Part shown: positions 1-13,765 of the stretch, one piece after another | Layout: the number at the start of each line of letters is the position of its first letter | Position numbering within the stretch: the stretch's first letter is position 1 | From: the human T2T-CHM13v2.0 reference genome, Homo sapiens | NCBI RefSeq assembly: GCF_009914755.1 | Contig: NC_060934.1 | Length of the DNA: 64,000 nt | Direction: 5' to 3' (one strand) | The notes under the pieces: generated by a model | The model's input: the letters and a program-made list of their open reading frames with translations, nothing else | Databases searched by the model: none | What the model was told of the DNA's origin: nothing | Position numbers and translations under genes: made by a program

Positions 1-80
1 GGCTACAGTGAGCTGTGATCACGCCACTGCACTCTAGCCTGGATGACAGAGTGAGACCCTGTCTCAAAAACAAAACAAAA
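1..80 (+). mobile_element. Alu 3' end (AluJ-like), cut by window start, followed by (CA)n
   Basis: ggctacagtgagctgtgatcacgccactgcactctagcctgg...gagaccctgtctcaaaaa. Confidence 0.9.
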
Positions 81-433
81 CACACACACACACAACTTAT
101 ATAAAAGATGGAAAGAAATAACTAATAACCAAAAGAGAATATAAGCAAAATATCAAGATCTTTTTCAGCAGTGCAAAGTTTCAAGCAGAGATTGGGCTGT
201 AGTTTTTAGTTGTAGGTTTTCCTAAGCCAGAAGGAGGGATGGGGGAGGATTTAAGGCTTATCTGAAGGAGTATATGTCAGGATCTTTAAATAAACGATAT
301 CTTCTCTCATTTTGATTAGACTGAAAGAAGTCAGTTAACTTATCCACATACAAACAGGAACCAGGAATCCAGTCCCTGACTCTTATGACTCTAGCACGAC
401 CTCATGTTTTCACCTAAAGGAAGAACAACTTTG

Positions 434-513
434 AGCCGCAGTACCTTTATCTTTAGTATGCATATACTTAGCAGCCACAGTACCTTTATCTTTAGTATGC
501 ATATACTTAGCAG
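434..513. repeat. Tandem duplication, 2 x 39 bp
   Basis: agcc(g/a)cagtacctttatctttagtatgcatatacttagc at 434 and 473; one mismatch. Confidence 0.95.
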
Positions 514-620
514 ATACTTGGGACTTTCAGAAACCAGTCAAAGCCCTTCCCAGCAAATGCTTTTGAAAAAGTGGGGCATGAACAACCTGAGTAATTTTAT
601 TTCTGATCACAACAATGTGA

Positions 621-910
621 GGCCAGGCACATGGGTTCACACCTGTAATCACAGCACTTTGGGAGGGAGGGGGGAGGATCATTTGAGGCCAGGAATTCAA
701 GACCATCCTGGACACATAATGAGACCCTGTCTCTAAAAATTAGCCAGATGTGGTGACACATGCCAGTAGTCCCAACTACTCAGGAGGCTGAGATGGGTAG
801 ATCACTTACGCCCAGGAGTTCAAGGTTACAGTGAGGTATTACGGCACTACTGCACTACAACCTGGGTGACAGAATGAGATCCCAGCTCTAAGAGTAACAA
901 AAAGAAAAAT
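621..910 (+). mobile_element. AluJ-like
   Basis: Diverged dimeric Alu, ggccaggcac...cctgtaatc...gcccaggagttcaagg, A-rich tail. Confidence 0.9.
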
Positions 911-1198
911 AAATGCTATGTGACTATAATAAAATAAGAATTTCTGACTTATAACTGGCTTTTGAAGTAGTTTAAGAAGAGCTTCCCATAAGTTCTGAGA
1001 GCTCTGGGATGGCAGGGAAGGTGTAGGTCTGTGGATGTCTTCTGCCCATTCTGATTACTCCAGGTTACAAAAACCCTCAAGGTCCAGACATTGGGAAATG
1101 TGTAAACTGTAGCAAGGGCTAGAATTTGTAGAGGACCAGAGTCCATGCTTGCCAGCATGAAAGGGTTCAAGTTCAATTTAAAAAAAAAACAACAACAA

Positions 1199-1382
1199 CT
1201 TGAACCCAGCAGGCGGAGGTTGAAGTGAGTCGAGATCGTGCCACTGTACTCCAGCCTGGCGACAGAGCAAGACTGACTCTGACTCTCTTTCTCTTCTCTC
1301 CCCCTCCCCCACTCTCTCTCTCCCTCTCTGCCTCTCTCTCTCGCTCTACCCCCCACCCCTCTCTCTCTCTCCCTCTCTCTCC
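1199..1382 (+). mobile_element. Alu right-arm fragment followed by CT-rich low-complexity tract
   Basis: cttgaacccagcaggcggaggttgaagtgag...gacagagcaagact, then (CT)n-rich sequence at about 1280-1382. Confidence 0.85.
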
Positions 1383-1625
1383 CTATATATATATCTCACC
1401 ATGCAGGCTTAACACCCTTACCTATGGAGTCAGCCCAGTCACCATCATTTAGATCCCTGCTTTACAGTTACAGCACATTGGTGTATAAATAGTTATTTTA
1501 GAATGTAGTAAGATTGGAAAATAATAAACTAGAGTTTGTGCTTACTTTTATGGATGACATAGAACCACTTTCTGGAGGTGTAGGATGTTTTCTAGCCTTA
1601 TGCTCGATACACATTTCACAGCACT

Positions 1626-2343
1626 GGTAACCACCCTGTGGGTTCTTCTTGCCTGCTACCCAGATAGAGCCAATTTATTGAGACACGGGAATTGCCATAG
1701 AGAAAGAGTTTAATACACATAGAGTTGGCTAACCAGGAGACCAGAGTTTTGCTATTACTCAAATCAGCTTCTCTGAAATTCAGAGACTAGGGTTGTTGAA
1801 AGATATTTAGGCAGGCAGGAGCCTAGGCAATGGAGAATGATGATTGGTTTGGGTCAGGGATGAAATCACAGGGAGTTGAAGCTGTCCTCTTGGGCTGAGT
1901 CAGTTCCTGGGTGGTGGCCACAAGACCTGATCAGCCAGTTAACTGATCTGGGTGGGGCCAGCTGGTCCATCAGAATGCAGAGTCTGAAAAATACTCAAAC
2001 ATCAATTTTAGGTTTTATAGTAGTAATATTATCTATGGGAGCAATTGGAGATGTTAGGAATCTTTTGGCCTCTGGCTGCCTGACTCCTGAGACATAATTC
2101 TTAATCTTGTGGATGATTTGTTAGTTTTACAAAGGCTGTGTGGTCCTCAAGCAAAGAAGAGGTTTGTTTTAGGGAGGGGCTATTATCATGTTTACTTCAA
2201 AGTTAAACTATAAACTAAATTTCTTCTAAACTTAGTTCAACCTACACCCAGGAAAGAACAGGGCAGCTTGGAGATTGGAAGCAAGATAGAGTCAGTTAGG
2301 TCATATTTCTTTTGCTGTCACAGTTTTTGAAAAGGTGATTTCA
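1626..2343 (-). mobile_element. ERV1 solo LTR, LTR8/LTR8A-like
   Basis: Matches remembered LTR8 consensus (gctgtcctcttgggctgagtcagttcctgggtgg; agcaagatagagtcagttaggtca) and ends ...gtgatttca. Confidence 0.8.
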
Positions 2344-3872
2344 CGCAAAGTATGCACTTTACAAACTTTGTTTTTAGCAAAAAGTAATTGAAATCACTTT
2401 TGCTTAGCGTGCAAATTCATTTTTTAATGGAAATTCTGTACTGCCTTTGATCATTCTAATGAAATCATCTTGCTTTTTACTCACGTGAGTTGACATTATC
2501 TGGATTTATTCCTTATTTTGGATTTGGACTGAAAGCTCTTTTTACATTTTAACCTGCTGTCATTTGCCTGAAAGTAGTGGTGAAGGGTGCCTCTTTAAAT
2601 GCATTTACAACAAATTGCTTTGTTGTGAAGGGGAGGGTAAAACTGAAATTGGTTGTGTTTCCTTCTCTCTGTGTCAAAATTGTATTTTCCATTTTATGCA
2701 TCTGGTGAAGATAAAGATTTTGATGCTTAACTGCAAAGATCTGACTCTACAGGGATGTACTTACTCTCTCTTTTTTGAAAATACAATGATTTCACAGTCT
2801 CCTGCCTTGAACACACTACATTTGGTAACTGTATTTCTTGCTTTATCAAGTCATGTATGACTTTTCTGCTTCTTCCTTGCCTGCCATAATCATCTTCTGA
2901 CCATCTGGGAAACCTCTGATCCTCTATGCAGAGTCCATTTAAACATTTTAGTACTAGAAGAGTGAAAATCTTGTAAAAATATAAAATTATTTTCTATTGT
3001 TACACTGGGAGCAAAGGTAAAATGTTTAAATGTGCTTTTCTGCTGAGTAAGAGTTTTAGAGATTGCAGGCTTGCGTGCAGAATTCTGAATGGGGACAGCA
3101 GTTCCAATGCACCTAGGGAACTGGAGAAAGGCTGCAGGCATTGTCAGCAAAAGGGACTGGAGTGATTTGTTGTATTCCGTTTATTTTCAGAATAACTCCT
3201 AATAAATATTAGAGAGGCATATTCACTCTTCAAGGCAGTGGAACAACCTGCATGTATTTTGGGAGCAATTCTTGGAAGGGATTTCTGTTTTAAAATCAAG
3301 ACATTAGCCTTTGGGATGTCAGATTCCTATTGATAAATTGAGGAAAGTGACTATCAGGTGTCAACTTTGGAAACTACAAAAAAACAATTACCTAAAGGGA
3401 GGATAATGAAAATAACTGAGGATATAAATCACCCAGCCTCAGTTTTATGAGCCACACATGTGACTTTTATATTTCCATTAATCACAAAGCTCATAATTTT
3501 ATGATACAAATATCAGCAACAGCCACCTGGAGTTTTTTTCCCCCCCTTCTCTCTATTTTCAGTTTCTTCCTTTATCTGTTTTGTTTTCTTTTTATTAAAG
3601 AATAAAGCATTTATTTTTTAGCGAAGATTTATGTTAAATAATTATAACAATAATAATTTACTGTAGTGTTAGTACATATTTTTGTTAATTCAACAAATAT
3701 TTATTGACTAAATGCCAGGCATGGTTAGACATTGTCTAGTGGAAGAGAGAGACTATCTGCCCTTGTGGAGCTTAGAGTCTAATGGGGAAGACAAATAATA
3801 AACAGTAATATAGATAGGTAGATAAATAGATACATACATACACACATACATGCATGTATATATATACACATA

Positions 3873-4228
3873 TGTATTAGTCCACTGCTATAAAGAACTA
3901 CCTGAGACTGGGTAGTTTATAAAGAAAAGTTTAATTGACTCACAGTTCTGCATGGCTGGGGAGGCCTCAGGAAACTTACACTTGTGGTGAAAGGCTAAGG
4001 GGAAGCAAGGCATGTCTTACGTGGCAGCAGGAGAGAGAGAGTGAAGTAGGAAGTGGATATAAATAACAGTTTTAAACTATCAGATCTTGTGAGAACTCAC
4101 TCACTATCATGGGAACAGCAAGAGGAAATCCACCCCCACGATCCAGTCACCTCCCACCAGGCCTCTGACAAGTGGCGATTACAATTCGAGATGAGATTTG
4201 GGTGGGGACACGGAACCAAACCATATCA
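3873..4228 (-). mobile_element. MaLR solo LTR (THE1/MST family)
   Basis: tgtattagtcc...ctgagactgggtagtttataaagaaaag...gagatttgggtggggacac...aaaccatatca. Confidence 0.9.
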
Positions 4229-4860
4229 CATAGATATATAGCTGATAAATAGACAGATGCTAGAAAGTGATAAAAGCTCTGAAAAGAAGAAAGTGTAGCA
4301 CAAGCACAAAGAAATCAATAGGAAGAGAGAGCAACTGCGGGCATCTTTAAATCGGGTATTCAGACAGCCCTGACAGAGTCTGTGGATTTTGGACAAAGAC
4401 TTGAAAAAGGTAGATATCTGGGGAAGAGGGTTCCAGGTGGATGAAGGGTGGTGACATGGCTGGCATATTTGAAGAGTAACAGGAGGACTGTGCAGCCAAG
4501 GCAGAGTGAACAAACGTACATTAGATGAGATCATTTATACCAAGAATGTGTGGTATGCCTAGTGCCTGGTGCGGAATCAACGCTCCAAAGCTGTAAAGCC
4601 CCGGCTCTGCCTTCAGCCAGCTTTCACGCCAACCCCACCCATCACACCTGCAGACACTTCCCAAGGTAACCAAGGGCTGGTGGCTTCTAGGTGGTCTGTG
4701 GAATTTCTGTACTGTTGACATTTGTTGTGTTAATGCCTGTGGCTTTCATAATGCTACTTTACATTGTACCATCTCATTGGTGTTTTGATGAGCAGGGTGT
4801 CTTTTTGCCTGTTAACTATGGTGAGGTTTTCAGTGAAAAAAGAGAATCCCTACACAACTG

Positions 4861-5728
<868 letters not shown>

Positions 5729-5865
5729 GTTGATAGTAGAATGTTTTGTCCTACTACAAATAGTTAGCAGATCTCTGATGAGAGGGAATTTTGAGAATTT
5801 GGGAATCAGTTTCAGAACCTCTGATGAGAGGGAATTTTTCCTGCATCCTTTTCTGTCTTTGAAGT

Positions 5866-6040
5866 AGTGGTTTTCAAGTTAGCTGCATGTTAGAATCACT
5901 TGGAGAGCTTTAAAGAAAATATTGCTACCCAGGCCCCACCCCAAATCAATTAAATCCCAACCTCTGGGAGTGGGACCTGCTATTAGATTTTAAGCTCCCC
6001 AGGTGATTCTAATGGATGCCAGGGACGAGAACTCCCACTG
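5866..6040. mobile_element. MER5A-like hAT-Charlie remnant
   Basis: agtggttttcaag...gaatcacttggagagcttt...aagctccccaggtgattctaat...gagaactcccactg. Confidence 0.75.
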
Positions 6041-6636
6041 GTCACCAAGGTTGATGCTAAGTATATTTATTTTTTTCTTATGATACGTTGGCTTCTGCCT
6101 CTTCATATTATCATGTCTCAAAGGCTCAGAAGACCTTGGAACTTTCTGCAACACTTCTCAATCTTCTCATTCCAGCTCTATTGGTGACTGGTTCATAAAC
6201 TCCAGGTCCAGAAGCAGAGGGGCTCATGACCAAGCTTTGCTGTGTGCAGCAGCCTTCTCAGATGCTTGCTCTGGGCAACCACTCTTCAGATGCAGCCCCG
6301 CAGGGCTCTGAAAGCAGAGCGTGTCCTTCAGCACCCCCTTTCCTGAAGTTGTAGCCAGCTCTGCCGGGCTGCCTCCACCACTTTCATGGCATCAGCTAAC
6401 CATAGTGCTTCCATTTTCATCAGGAGGCTTATGCATAAGCTTATATTTAAAATGTGGTCAGAAAAATGTCTACAAGTAGATATTTGAGCTATACTTCATG
6501 TTGCACGGTTCAACATGAACCACTAATTGACCCACTTCTAAAAAAATCACCTGCAATATAATACCGTCAATAAATGGATGTTAATTTTTTTGTATTTATA
6601 TTTTAAACCTATTCATACGTCTCAGTGTATGTGTGT

Positions 6637-7335
6637 TGTAAATCAAAGATGACCGAGGCAAGTCTCAATTATTTTAAGAGGTTTATTTGCCAAGGTTAAG
6701 GACATGCCTAGGACAAAAGAACACAAAATCATAGGAAAAATCTGTGGTCTGTGCTTTTTTCCAAAGAGAATCTGAGGACCTCAATATTTAAAGGGAAAAA
6801 AGCAGGTATTGGGGGAAAGAGGAAGAAGAAAAATCTTTTTAAAGGGTGGTAGATAAAAGTGGCAAGAGGTTGCATCCTTTTTAGTCTCGGATCAGCATTC
6901 TCTGAATCTACATTTTACATGTGAGAGGGGGTAGAGGAATAGTCACTTATGCATTCAACTTGTCCTCAGTGAATCTGCATTATTACATAACCTTAAATAA
7001 ACAGAGGGTAGAGGAGGCAGTAAGATAGGCATTTGTCTCAGGTGAGTGGAGAGATGACTTTTCAGTTCTGTCCTTTGTCCCATACCTGAGAAGATCAGCG
7101 ATGAATTTACACGGTCAGAGTGAAATTCAACAGAACTGCTTTAGGGTAAAGATTGTGGGGCCAACCAGGAATTCCCTTGTGGGAAAATTGTGAGGGAGGT
7201 ATATACCCTTTCATCTCTGTAGCTGTCTTATTTAGGAACAAAACTGGGGGGCAGGTTTGCATGACCCAGTTCCCAGCTTAACTTTCCCCTTTGCCTTAGA
7301 GAGTTTGGGGTCCCAAGATTTATTTTCCTTTCATA
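6637..7335 (-). mobile_element. ERV1 solo LTR, MER4 family
   Basis: Reverse complement starts tgaaaggaaaataaatcttgggaccccaaactc...aagttaagctgggaactgggtcatgcaaacctgcc, typical of MER4 LTRs. Confidence 0.85.
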
Positions 7336-7980
7336 GTATATACACACACAATCATTTGTATGCACACATATACACTTATGGATGTGTATTTGTAAGTATC
7401 AGTATTTATTTATAGTGACTATATATAATCTTTCCAAATAATCAGTCTGGAGGTCAGCTGAACTTTCTTAGACTCTTTTTATCATGCAGTTGTGTGTTTT
7501 TTCAATGGAGGTGAGAGATGTTAAAATGATACTGTGTTGATAATGTTATAATTGAAGCTCTGGGATTCTCTCCCTGGCAAAATAAAAAGTGGGTGATTCA
7601 GTATTGTCTTCAGGTTATTTTTCTTTAATTTTGATGGTCCATGATATTTAAAAACAACCACAAACAACCCTGGGAACTGTAAGTTAGGCTGGAAGCCCCC
7701 ATGCTCGAGGAGGGCTTCTCTGGAGCCCCTCCTGCCCCAATTCTGCTCATAGTCCAAGTCCCTCAGTGACATCAGGGGAGACTGAAATCAGCAAGACAGA
7801 GTCACTTGCCTCCACCCCTTTCCCCTGGACATCCCAACACTAGGTGTAATTTCATGATTTAGCCTCTCCTACCTCTGTGCTAAAATAAAGTATTACTTTT
7901 CTCTATCCCTTTCTTCCCTTTTCTCTTCTTGTTCCCCCTTTCTGAAGTAAAAGCAACATTCCCACAATTTTAAAAAGTTA

Positions 7981-8120
7981 GAGCCTAGATGAGGTTGCTC
8001 ATGCCTGTAATCCCAGCACTTTGGGACGTCAAGGCAGGAGGATCACTTGAGCCTAGGAGTTAAGGACGGCCTGGGCAACATAGTGAAAGACCACATATTA
8101 AAAAAAAAAATAAAAAATCA
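7981..8120 (+). mobile_element. Alu left monomer (FLAM-like)
   Basis: gctcatgcctgtaatcccagcactttggga...gggcaacatagtgaaagacc plus an A tail; no right arm. Confidence 0.85.
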
Positions 8121-9386
8121 AAAGCCCAAAAAGTTATAAAATCCTTTTTCTTGACCAGCAAACTTGACATTTCCCTTTGGCAGGCATTCCACATCCCACG
8201 TTGGGATTCACAAGGTACAAGATGGTTCCAGGAACCAAGATGCAAACTAAGAAACCAGTTGGCCTAACAAAGTGTCAGGGCTTGCTGGTCACAGAGCTCT
8301 CCTCTCTCCCATAGGCACACTTGTTTGGCAGCAGGCCCAAGAGTGTCCAGGTTCTGGTAGTGCCCACTGGCAGCATTTGGCAGGTGTGACAGCAGAGGAG
8401 TCAGAAAAATAGCAAATCTGGCCTCCCCTCCTGCAGGAGGAACACGGTGGGACTCAGGGTGCTGGCTTTGTAGAAGAACATGCCCTCTGCAGGCCATCCC
8501 ACCTCTGGTCCTCTTTTTATCCTGGGCGAAGAAGTGTTTTAATCCCAGCCTGTCTGAGCACTGCCCTTTCTTCTACACTCACACTCTCCTTCACAGCCCC
8601 AGGGCACGTCATTTTGTCCTACACAATGCCATTATTACTACCTTTTTGTTTTTCTTCTTAGGTGAGCCACTTTTAAAAAATATTCCAATGTTCCTATTCC
8701 AAACCTCTTCTCCCCTTTCAAGCTCAGATAAAGGCATCGATATAAGCAAAGCTTTTTTATGCCTCCTTGACTAGGTACCCAGTATTAAGTTCCCAGAACT
8801 GCAGTCCCATGAATAGTAGCATTCAGAGGCATTGAAGAGCAAAGGGAAAGTGACTTGTCACTGATCCCCCATTGAAAGGGCTGGCATCCTGGTCAGGCTG
8901 ACAGGCTCTCAACCCTTCTTCCTCCCTGTGGAACATTTCTCTGGCATTTTTCTCAGAAATATCATGAATGCCCTGTAATAGAGAATAGAGTTTATTTTGA
9001 ACATGGAACATGGCCAGGTTTTTTTTTTTTTCCCCTTTGAAATGAGATTCTTAGCTATGGACCTATTTCTTTTTTAACTACCTTCTGACCTAGTTCATAA
9101 TATTACCACCAGAAGCAGAACTAACAAAGAACATGATTCTTGCTTCAGGAGATTGAACAAGTAATAGAACATAGAATTTTAAAAGAAAATCACCATTCAT
9201 TCTGAGATGAGATAACTTGCCTCAATTTGAACTTCTCTTTATAACTGTTAGGGATGTAGGAAAGGGAAGAGACTTATATTTTTCTAGAGAAAAAGTGTTT
9301 ACAAATTCTTGAATATTTCCCAATTATAGATTCTTTTATAAAAAATGAAGTGAATGTGTTAGATAATTTAAAATTATTAAATGTTA

Positions 9387-10131
<745 letters not shown>

Positions 10132-10579
10132 AAAATTATTAAATGTTAAATAATCTAAAATTATTCAATAATTAATAAAGTTTATATATTACCTCAATGT
10201 TAATATAGAATTATTATCTAATTATTCATCTAACCAGAGATGATTACAAGGCATAAAATGAGAAAAAGTTGAAGAGAGGTTTCAAAAATATCTCGTATAA
10301 CCATCTCCCTAGTTCAGGAGACCTGTTCTTCCAGCTTCAACCGAAAGCCATGAAGGTGCCTGCAGTAGTGGAGGGCCCTCTGCCAGGAGAGAATGTGCTC
10401 CAGTAACAGAGCACACTGTTACCTGATGGAGCCCCTCCACTGTTGAGGTCTCTGTTATAAGCTCTATTGGGCACAAAATGGCGTCTCAAAATTTGCTGCC
10501 CCCAAAATGGGCACTCATTTTAAGCGTGCTTTGTGGTTAAAATACAGTAAATCGTTTAATGCTCAAATACTAATGACAA

Positions 10580-10810
10580 CTAGCATTTATTACATAATCA
10601 CCATGTGCTAGGCACTGTGTTAAGCACTTTACATTTATTGTGGCATTTACTCCTTACATAAATCCTGTGGAATACAATTTCCCCTCCTTTTTCCACACGA
10701 GGAAACAGGTATAGAGGACTTAAGTAACTTACGCAAGGTCACCATGGTAGAGAATGACTGACTGAGGATTCAAGCCCAGGCCCATTTGACTTCAGGACCC
10801 AAGCCACTGG
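10580..10810 (-). mobile_element. MIR
   Basis: gaggaaacagg...agaggacttaagtaacttacgcaaggtcac, the MIR core in reverse. Confidence 0.7.
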
Positions 10811-10999
10811 TTATACTTTTCACTTCAACCCTATTAAGTATATGTTGAATTCCTATATATAAAGAACTGAGGCTCTCTTATCAAACTAATTTTCCCAAGG
10901 TAAGTGGAGTCTTAAAGCAGATCTCTGATTCAAATCTTGTGCTTTATGCCATCATAACCCAACCAGAATGCAGCAGAGAGCATCAAAAAATTAAAGGAA

Positions 11000-11113
11000 T
11001 GGGGCATGGTGGCATATGCCTGTATTCCCAGCTACTTGGGAGGACCGCTTGAGCTCAGAAGTCCAAATGCAGTCTAGACAATGTAGCAAGATCCCTTTTC
11101 TTAAAAAAAAAAA
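11000..11113 (+). mobile_element. Alu monomer fragment
   Basis: gggcatggtggcatatgcctgtattcccagctacttgggagg...A tail. Confidence 0.75.
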
Positions 11114-13765
11114 GTTATCCTCCAGTAAGTTGTCAAGGCAACTGCAGTTGAGGACTTGAGGATCTCAATACCCACTGGAACTGCGTTATTATTTCAATTC
11201 AATAATATAAATATTGAATCCTAGAGCTGCCAAGGATGTTGAAGACTCTTCCCCAGGCAAGATAAGTGAGTAAGCCTGAAGGGTAGAAGTGCATTTTTCT
11301 TCTGTATTTCCCCAACGTCTAGCATAGTTTTTAAATCATTGTAGGTACTCAATAAATGTTTGTTGACACACTAAATATATCTACCAAGAAATTTATAATT
11401 TCTTGCAAATTTAGGCAAATGTCCTTTCCGGTATTGTTTATTGATTTAGACTCCATCTATTTCCAAAAGGAATTTAAAGTGTCTTAATTTCCAGTAGGTT
11501 TTTATTTTTATTTGAATCATCTGGTGTTGATTAATTAGTTAAGTTTTGGTGCCTACCTTATAGTGTTTGTTTTCTCTGTTAAAAGCCATGACAGCATAAA
11601 TTCCCCACTGCAGAGGCCAAACATCTGACAGAGCCAGAGAAAAACACCATCCCAGGAGTTTTTAGTCATCCACAGCAGTGGGGCAAGTCTGGCTGTGTGT
11701 TAGAATACGGAAATCCTCAAGTGGGTAACTGCTTGGCCAAATGATGTGGGAACACAATAAGGAAAATGCACAGCTCTTCTATGTGTTATATTTCATTTAC
11801 AGAAATTAGGAAGCATTTTAGGCTGCAGTGACAATTCAATGTTTAGATTTTTTAAATGATTCTATGTAAAAATGCAGCTTTCTATCAGTTGGCATACAAT
11901 AGGGGCTAACAAAGCCACCACTCCAACTTAGAAAAAAAAAAAGTTTGTGATCAGAGTTAAATTAGTAAAACAATTAAAATCAGGAGCCATCTGTGGGAGA
12001 GAGTCAGGAGATCCATCTTTAAATATATACCTGAATACTTTAGAGGCACCCAATACTCCAGTCAAGGTGATATGGGTATATTTTCAGAAAAGCAGAGCTA
12101 TTCCATGATTAGAATTTGAAATGGGAAATGGTATCTTATTTGGAGGAAAAAGAAGAAAAGAGAAAGAAGCGATAGGAAGAGAGTTAGTCTACCATGGAAA
12201 CACATAGAGGCACAAAGGCAAGCCCTAGTTGGGAGAGAAGGAGTTTTCCTGGAGGGAACTAGAGGACACTTGGGCAAGTTTGTTCCTGTAATAGGTGAGG
12301 TGATTCAAGCTACCTTAGATCAGAAACAATTCTGAAGACCAATGATCTTCCCTTTGTGCTGACTCCATTCTTACACAAGATGTTGGATCACTGAGGTTTC
12401 AAGCAGCTTGTCAACAGTGAGGATAGTTACTGGCCAGACCTACTTGTGCATTCTTGGCTGTGGTAGATTAATGCAAAGCCATCTGGCTTGTATCTCTTTA
12501 AGCTTGATTAATGCAGTTTCACATCCCAATCTCAGCGGGCTGATCAAATCAGGTTTCTGAGCCATCATCACGTCTGAAAACTTGACCCTGAGGTGATGGA
12601 TTCACCAAGGCTTAGCCACTGGTAAGGATCTGGTTGAGTGGTCAGCCAACCTTCTCGAGGTTGGGAAATTTCTTTCAGCAATACCAATAACCTTGACCAC
12701 GAGACTAATGTTCCTGGATTCTCTTGCTAGTTGCTTCTCAGGTGACCACTAAAGTGACCAGTAAGTCTAGGAAAAATGCCTTTGATGTCTGGCTCAGATA
12801 ACTGCTCTGTTATGACCTTCACTGTCATCTCTTGCTGCCAAGTTCTGTTATCTCAAGGTGATATTCACCTTGAAAACCCTGCAATGGCTGATGCTGTTGC
12901 ACCCAGCACTGCAGCTCATTGACTTAGCAGCGTGTTCCCTAGTGCAAGACCAATGAAGCACATTCTCTATAAAAGCAGAAACAAACAAACAAAAAAGGCA
13001 TTGTATTTGTTCATCAAAATGGAAGATAGGCAAAAAGTAAAGGAAGATTTTTGTTGGAAAAGGTAGAACTAGGCTCAGCATTTGACCAAAATGTGGGAAA
13101 TGAAGGAGGCACACAATGGACATGGGTTATTTGAGAAGTAGAAGATAGCTTCAAAGAGAGAAAAAGGTGCCTTTACCCCTCTATTATTTTATCAAGCATG
13201 AGTATATTCACATTAAGCCTGGCCAGGCCTATATTAAAGGTAAGACTTAAGTCTTATTGTGTAACTTTCTCATAATGCCACTAGAATAAAAACTTCATTA
13301 GACCTTAGATAGGTAATGAGAACAGAAACTGCTCTTAAAAGTTGTGAACAAGCATGACTTAGGAAAACAAAACATGAGAGCAAAAGATCTACCTCATATG
13401 TTAAGTAACATGTACCCTTTATGGATGAGAGATACACAATAGCACTACAGAGGAAGATGGGCATAGCATAGATTAGGCAACTGATATTTGTGGGTGTGTT
13501 GGGGAAGGAAAAGTTTGTGATTAAAGCATAATTAAGGCAGCATTGTGCCACATGCATTGAAGATTCCTGACGGAGATAAGGAAGATAAGGAACTACATTT
13601 ATACTCTGCAATTGTACTATTTTTATGATAGTGGCCAAAGTTTATTGAGATTTTCCTATATGCAAAGTCTGTGCTAAATCCTTTATGTACATTGTCTCAT
13701 TTAATCATCTGGAAAACCCTGTGTAGTGGGTACAATAAGGAATGAAGCTTAAGAAGATATGTGAT

